NCBI GenBank assembly: GCA_029555205.1
Contig: JAKPTB010000149.1
Location: 10,993 to 74,992, forward strand
Length of the DNA stretch: 64,000 bases
From: Bacillota bacterium
Lineage (GTDB): Bacteria; Bacillota; Desulfotomaculia; Desulfotomaculales; Pelotomaculaceae
Direction: 5' to 3'
A program made the position numbers and the translations under genes. This document shows positions 59,800 to 64,000 of this stretch, piece after piece; the first letter of the stretch is position 1; each line of letters opens with the position of its first letter. A model generated the notes under the pieces. That model did no database searches. It was given only the letters and a program-made list of their open reading frames with translations, and was not told the origin of the DNA.

Positions 59800-61329
59800 A
59801 TGGGTAAACCGGGTGGATTTATGGAATACCGGAGGGAACTCCCGGGCGACCGCGCCCTACTGGAGCGGATTAACGACTGGGAAGAATTTCACATGAGCCT
59901 GCCGGAGGAAAAATTAAAAGCACAGGGCGGGCGTTGTATGGATTGCGGCACACCTTTTTGCCACAGCGGCATGCTCATCAACGGGTTAGTTTCAGGCTGT
60001 CCCAACCACAACCTGATACCCGAATGGAATGACCTGGTGTACCGGGGCTTATGGAAGGAAGCCATGGGCCGGCTGTTGTCAACGAATAACTTCCCCGAGT
60101 TTACCGGCAGGGTCTGCCCGGCTCCCTGCGAAGGGGCCTGTGCCGCAGGTCTGGCCTCTGAACCGGTAACCACGAAGACAATTGAGCGTGCCATCATCGA
60201 CAGGGCCTTTGAGGAGGGCTGGATCAGGCCCAGGCCGCCTTTAAGGCGGACCGGCAAAAGGGTTGCCGTTGTCGGCTCAGGTCCCTCCGGCCTCGCCTGC
60301 GCGGCTCAACTGAACAGGGCCGGTCACTGGGTTACCGTTTTTGAGCGGTCCGACCGGATCGGCGGCCTGCTGATGTACGGCATTCCCAATATGAAGCTCG
60401 ACAAGCGGATTGTGCTGAGGCGGGTCGAATTGCTGGCTGAGGAAGGCGTATCCTTTATTACCAGCACAGAGGTGGGCAGGGATTACCCTGCAGAGCGTTT
60501 ACTTAGGGATTTCGATGCTGCCGTCCTCTGCGGGGGAGCCAGCCAGCCGCGGGATTTGCAGGTGGAAGGCAGGCATCTGAAAGGGATCCATTTTGCGGTT
60601 GAATACCTGAAATTGAATACAAAAAGCTTGCTGGATTCCAATCTGTCCGACGGAAAATATATCTCTGCCGCCGGCAAGGATGTCCTTGTCATTGGCGGTG
60701 GTGATACCGGTACGGACTGTGTGGCCACAGCCCTGCGCCATAAGTGTAAAAGCGTCAACCAGTTCGAGATCATGCCCAGGCTGCCCGGCAAACGCAGTGA
60801 AGATAACCCCTGGCCGCAGATTCCCAGAGTCTTCAAGGTGGACTACGGCCAGGAGGAAGCGGCCTGGCTTTACGGTAAAGACCCGCGGCACTACTGTATT
60901 AAAGTGAAAAGGCTGGCAGGAGACTGGTCCGGCAGGGTCAAAGAGGTTGAGACGGTGAACGTAGAGTGGATCAAAGATGATTGTGGCCGCACAGTACCCA
61001 GGGAGCTTCCGGGTACGGAAAGGATCTGGCCCGCCCGGCTGGTGCTGCTGGCCATGGGCTTCACCGGTCCGGAAAGCCTGCTCCTGGACCAGCTTGGTGT
61101 GGAGCGCGACAGTGGTTCTAAGGCCAGGGCTCTGGACAATACATTCTCCACCAATGTCAAGGGGATCTTTATAGCCGGCGACATGCGCCGGGGACAGAGC
61201 CTCGTCGTGTGGGCCATCAACGAGGGACGCGGGGCTGCCGCAGAGTGCCACCGCTACCTGATGGAAGCACCAGCCCGGGCTGATCTTAACCGGGTGGTAA
61301 GAAAAAAGAGCATAGGGGGTGAACGGTAG
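59800..61329 (+). CDS. gltD: glutamate synthase small subunit (NADPH)
   Basis: RCMDCGTPFC and CPAPCEGAC clusters, VAVVGSGPSGLA and VIGGGDTGTDC dinucleotide folds. Confidence 0.95.
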   Translation: MGKPGGFMEYRRELPGDRALLERINDWEEFHMSLPEEKLKAQGGRCMDCGTPFCHSGMLINGLVSGCPNHNLIPEWNDLVYRGLWKEAMGRLLSTNNFPEFTGRVCPAPCEGACAAGLASEPVTTKTIERAIIDRAFEEGWIRPRPPLRRTGKRVAVVGSGPSGLACAAQLNRAGHWVTVFERSDRIGGLLMYGIPNMKLDKRIVLRRVELLAEEGVSFITSTEVGRDYPAERLLRDFDAAVLCGGASQPRDLQVEGRHLKGIHFAVEYLKLNTKSLLDSNLSDGKYISAAGKDVLVIGGGDTGTDCVATALRHKCKSVNQFEIMPRLPGKRSEDNPWPQIPRVFKVDYGQEEAAWLYGKDPRHYCIKVKRLAGDWSGRVKEVETVNVEWIKDDCGRTVPRELPGTERIWPARLVLLAMGFTGPESLLLDQLGVERDSGSKARALDNTFSTNVKGIFIAGDMRRGQSLVVWAINEGRGAAAECHRYLMEAPARADLNRVVRKKSIGGER

Positions 61330-61384
61330 CTGACAGTTGAAAGCTGGCAACTGGTTTGCCGGATCACCCTTTAAGATGCGAAAA

Positions 61385-61411
61385 GAGGAGCCCATTGGAG
61401 CTTCTCTTTTT
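61385..61411 (+). terminator. gltBD terminator
   Basis: GAGGAGC-cccattgga-GCTTCTC hairpin followed by T5. Confidence 0.6.
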
Positions 61412-61525
61412 AATTGAGAGGCCGAAAGATGACATTGGATTGATGCAGGAAATTTTAAAACACTTAATCAATTTTTGTGATAAAATAAAATAAACGCGTA
61501 ATAAGGCGCATGTAGGAGGGTTATC

Positions 61526-62026
61526 TTGAAGAGCACGCTTGCAGTTCTGGTTGTTAATAAACCTGGTGTTCTTGCACGCATATCCGGGCTGCTGAGCCGG
61601 AGGGTTTTCAATATTGAAAGTATTGCGGCCGGCTATACGGAGGAACCGGATGTGACCCGCATTACCCTGGTTGTGCAGGGCGATACCCAGGTTCTGAATC
61701 AGGTGATGAGGCAGCTTTCAAAACTGGTTGACGTGATTAAAATCGTGGAACTCAAGGCGGAGGAATCTGTTGAGCGGGAGCTGGCCCTGGTTAAAGTGAG
61801 GGCGGAAACAAACCGCAGGTCCGACATTGTCAACCTTGTTTCTGTATTCAGGGCCAATATTATTGATGTCAATAAAGAAACTATGATTATAGAAATCCTG
61901 GGTGATGATAAAAAAATTACAGCCCTTTGCTCGGTGCTTGAAGACTATGGTATTGTTGAAATGGTGCGCACCGGGAAAGTAGTCCTGTCCAGGGGCCCGG
62001 GGGCGGTAAAACACCAGCCTGTTTGA
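61526..62026 (+). CDS. ilvN: acetolactate synthase small (regulatory) subunit
   Basis: LAVLVVNKPGVLARISGLLSRRVFNIESI ACT domain, 166 aa, TTG start. No ilvB lies adjacent. Confidence 0.85.
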   Translation: MKSTLAVLVVNKPGVLARISGLLSRRVFNIESIAAGYTEEPDVTRITLVVQGDTQVLNQVMRQLSKLVDVIKIVELKAEESVERELALVKVRAETNRRSDIVNLVSVFRANIIDVNKETMIIEILGDDKKITALCSVLEDYGIVEMVRTGKVVLSRGPGAVKHQPV

Positions 62027-62139
62027 CCGGTTTGATCGGATCTGTGCTGTTGTTAGTAAAACATGTGTTATTGACATAATTGAAGCGATAGTGTATATAA
62101 TAAGGTATATTAAACCGGCTTCATGGAGGAGGACGGTCA

Positions 62140-62415
62140 GTGTCCCAGGTAAGAAGAGTTATGATTAGCCTGCCCGATACACTTCTGGCCGAGGTGGACG
62201 GGATAGCGGCCGCTGAACAACTTAACCGCAGCGAATTTATTCGGGAGGCCATGAAGCTGTATATTGCAGAACGAAAAAGACGTCTTTTGAGAGAGCAGAT
62301 GAAGAGAGGATACCTGGAGATGGCAAGAATCAACCTGGCCCTGGCAGTGGAGCATTATCGGCTGGAAGCAGAAGCAGCACGCATTATTGAAATGCCCGTT
62401 CCGGAGGTTAAATAA
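62140..62415 (+). CDS. mazE: CopG/RHH-family antitoxin (MazE/EndoAI-like)
   Basis: [34 protein letters not shown] ribbon-helix-helix. Its stop abuts the toxin start. Confidence 0.85.
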   Translation: MSQVRRVMISLPDTLLAEVDGIAAAEQLNRSEFIREAMKLYIAERKRRLLREQMKRGYLEMARINLALAVEHYRLEAEAARIIEMPVPEVK

Positions 62416-62765
62416 TGCTGATTCGTCGGGGTGATATTTTTTACGCAGATCTAAGCCCGGTTGTCGGTTCCGAACAGGGGGGTACCAGGCCGGTGCTTAT
62501 TATTCAGAACGATATAGGGAACCAGTACAGCCCGACCACTATAGTGGCGGCAATTACATCACATATCGAGAAATCCAGGCTGCCCACTCATATTGAAATG
62601 CCAGCGGCTCCTGGCGGTCTGGAAAAAAATTCGGTCATTCTTCTGGAACAAATCAGGACTATTGACAAAAGCAGGCTGATGGAAAAAGTAACTTCCCTTG
62701 AGGCTGAGATGATGGCCAGGGTTAACCAGGCTGTGGAAATAAGTCTGGGCCTGGTTGATATATAA
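62415..62765 (+). CDS. mazF: type II toxin MazF/PemK (EndoA) endoribonuclease
   Basis: [33 protein letters not shown], 116 aa. Confidence 0.95.
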   Translation: MLIRRGDIFYADLSPVVGSEQGGTRPVLIIQNDIGNQYSPTTIVAAITSHIEKSRLPTHIEMPAAPGGLEKNSVILLEQIRTIDKSRLMEKVTSLEAEMMARVNQAVEISLGLVDI

Positions 62766-62925
62766 GATTTTCCAAGAGATTTAGCATTTCTTAGCTTACA
62801 TAAACATTTTTCAATCCTTTCCCGGGAAAGGATTTATTTTTTTAAAGGGTAATTCCAGTTCAGCCGTGCCTACTATATATATAAAAGTATATAAAAGGTC
62901 ATGATCAGAGGCGGTGGTATAAAAA

Positions 62926-63624
62926 TTGCTGCCTGTAATTGGTATTACCTGTGCGGCAAGCCGGGACGGCGGCAGGCTGTACTTAAACGAGCCCTATGCT
63001 GCTGCAGTGGCGGCGGCAGGAGGTCTACCCCTGTTGCTTCCGGAAATAAGAGGGTTGGAAAAGGATTATTTAAAAAGGCTGCATGGGTTGCTTCTATCCG
63101 GCGGAGGGGATATCGATCCTTCTTTTTTTGGCCAGGAACCGCACCCCCTTATGGGCTGGGTCAGTCCCCGCAGGGATGCTTTTGAGTTGGAACTTGCACG
63201 GCTTGCTCTTAAGACTGGGATTCCTGTGCTGGGTATTTGCCGTGGGCTTCAAATTCTCAACGTTGCTGCCGGGGGCGATATCTGCCAGGATATCTCCATG
63301 TCCGTCAGGGATCCCCTAAAGCATTTCCAGGACGCTCCGCGCTGGCACCCCACCCACGGATTGCGAATTAATCCGGGCACCCTTCTGGCCAGCCTCCTGG
63401 GATTGGAAATCAGGGTTAATAGTTTTCATCATCAAGCGGTGGGAAGGGTTCCAGGATTTTTTAGGGTGGCCGCACGCTCGCCCGACGGCGTAATTGAGGG
63501 CCTGGAGAGCCGGAAAAGTTATGCTCTGGGTGTTCAGTTTCATCCCGAAGAACTGTGGAAACAGGACGCCCGGTTCTTGAACATTTTTCAATCACTGGTT
63601 GAAGCAGCTAGATTATGCAAATAA
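62926..63624 (+). CDS. gamma-glutamyl-gamma-aminobutyrate hydrolase family protein (peptidase C26, class I GATase)
   Basis: GICRGLQILN catalytic Cys, plus SFHHQAV and QFHPE motifs. Confidence 0.85.
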   Translation: MLPVIGITCAASRDGGRLYLNEPYAAAVAAAGGLPLLLPEIRGLEKDYLKRLHGLLLSGGGDIDPSFFGQEPHPLMGWVSPRRDAFELELARLALKTGIPVLGICRGLQILNVAAGGDICQDISMSVRDPLKHFQDAPRWHPTHGLRINPGTLLASLLGLEIRVNSFHHQAVGRVPGFFRVAARSPDGVIEGLESRKSYALGVQFHPEELWKQDARFLNIFQSLVEAARLCK

Positions 63625-63787
63625 ACCAGTTTGAAGTCGAAATTTGACTAAAGGAATTATGCTTTATCCGGAGAAAGTTATGCAGGTAAACGTATCTTTT
63701 GTTTAAATATGCAGGTCAACTGACTGATCTTTCGAGAAATCTCTTTATAACTATATTTTGCCATAAAAGGTAGGAAGAGGGAGCGCT

Positions 63788-64000
63788 GTGCTGGCTTTTA
63801 CTGGCGCAAGGGTTATTACTATGGCAGGACCGCCGCTGGAAAAGGGTACGGTTCTTGTTGAAGGAGATAGAATTATTGATGTAAAAGAAGGACTGATGGT
63901 TCCCCCAAATGCTGAGGTTGTAGACCTGGCGGGAAAGACAATTCTGCCCGGAATGATTGACGCTCACAGCCACCTGGGAATTATAGAGGAAATATACCGT
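63788..64000 (+). CDS. amidohydrolase family protein, N-terminal fragment (runs off the window)
   Basis: GTG start. VLAFTGARVITMAG...ILPGMIDAHSHLG is the metal-binding HxH motif. Confidence 0.7.
   Translation, partial: MLAFTGARVITMAGPPLEKGTVLVEGDRIIDVKEGLMVPPNAEVVDLAGKTILPGMIDAHSHLGIIEEIYR

Noticed and set aside
60499-61395. 298-aa minus-strand ORF
   Set aside because: It is the antisense shadow of gltD, which has unambiguous Fe-S and dinucleotide-binding motifs on the plus strand.
1-64000. CRISPR arrays, IS elements, integrases, prophage or rRNA genes
   Set aside because: I scanned for direct-repeat ladders, terminal inverted repeats, DDE or tyrosine-recombinase-like ORFs and rRNA-like conserved stretches. 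None were seen, and the window looks like core chromosome.

Overview
This is a dense 64-kb chromosomal segment of about 50% GC with roughly 60 protein genes on both strands. Gene content (SpoVT, Hcp with a ferredoxin and a Crp/Fnr regulator, rubrerythrin, YedE/YedF, many GTG/TTG starts with strong GGAGG ribosome-binding sites) suggests a spore-forming anaerobic Firmicute of the Clostridia, possibly Peptococcaceae/Desulfotomaculum-like. The taxon is an inference. Positions 1-40 kb hold mixed housekeeping and stress genes: a NitT/TauT-type ABC importer, DUF763, rubrerythrin, two two-component pairs, tandem SOD genes, cold-shock protein, SpoVT, the hcp cluster, two Gre-like factors, an ABC-F ATPase, YyaL, a KamA-family aminomutase, YedEF, acpS-nnr, ald and alr. 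Positions 40-61 kb form a large nitrogen-assimilation supercluster: amtB-glnB, an ECF sigma/anti-sigma pair, an asnB remnant, two receiver-ANTAR antiterminators, three glnA paralogues, an FMN-type GOGAT-like gene and gltBD. Two leaders in this cluster (upstream of glnA-2 and gltB) show clear ANTAR-type dual hexaloop hairpins overlapping terminators. The window ends with a lone ilvN, mazEF, a C26 amidotransferase and a partial amidohydrolase. The most unusual observations are: (i) a free-standing promoter-to-terminator unit encoding a 65-nt tRNA-like RNA that lacks an anticodon arm; (ii) a KamA-family gene with the glutamate 2,3-aminomutase residue signature behind a roughly 350-nt structured leader of unassigned class; (iii) an ARE-type ABC-F gene with a 4-codon leader ORF and an SD-sequestering hairpin; (iv) an ANTAR regulator whose phospho-acceptor Asp appears replaced by Glu. 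I saw no rRNA, canonical tRNA, CRISPR array, transposase or prophage genes. All homology calls rest on motif recognition by eye, since no searches could be run.
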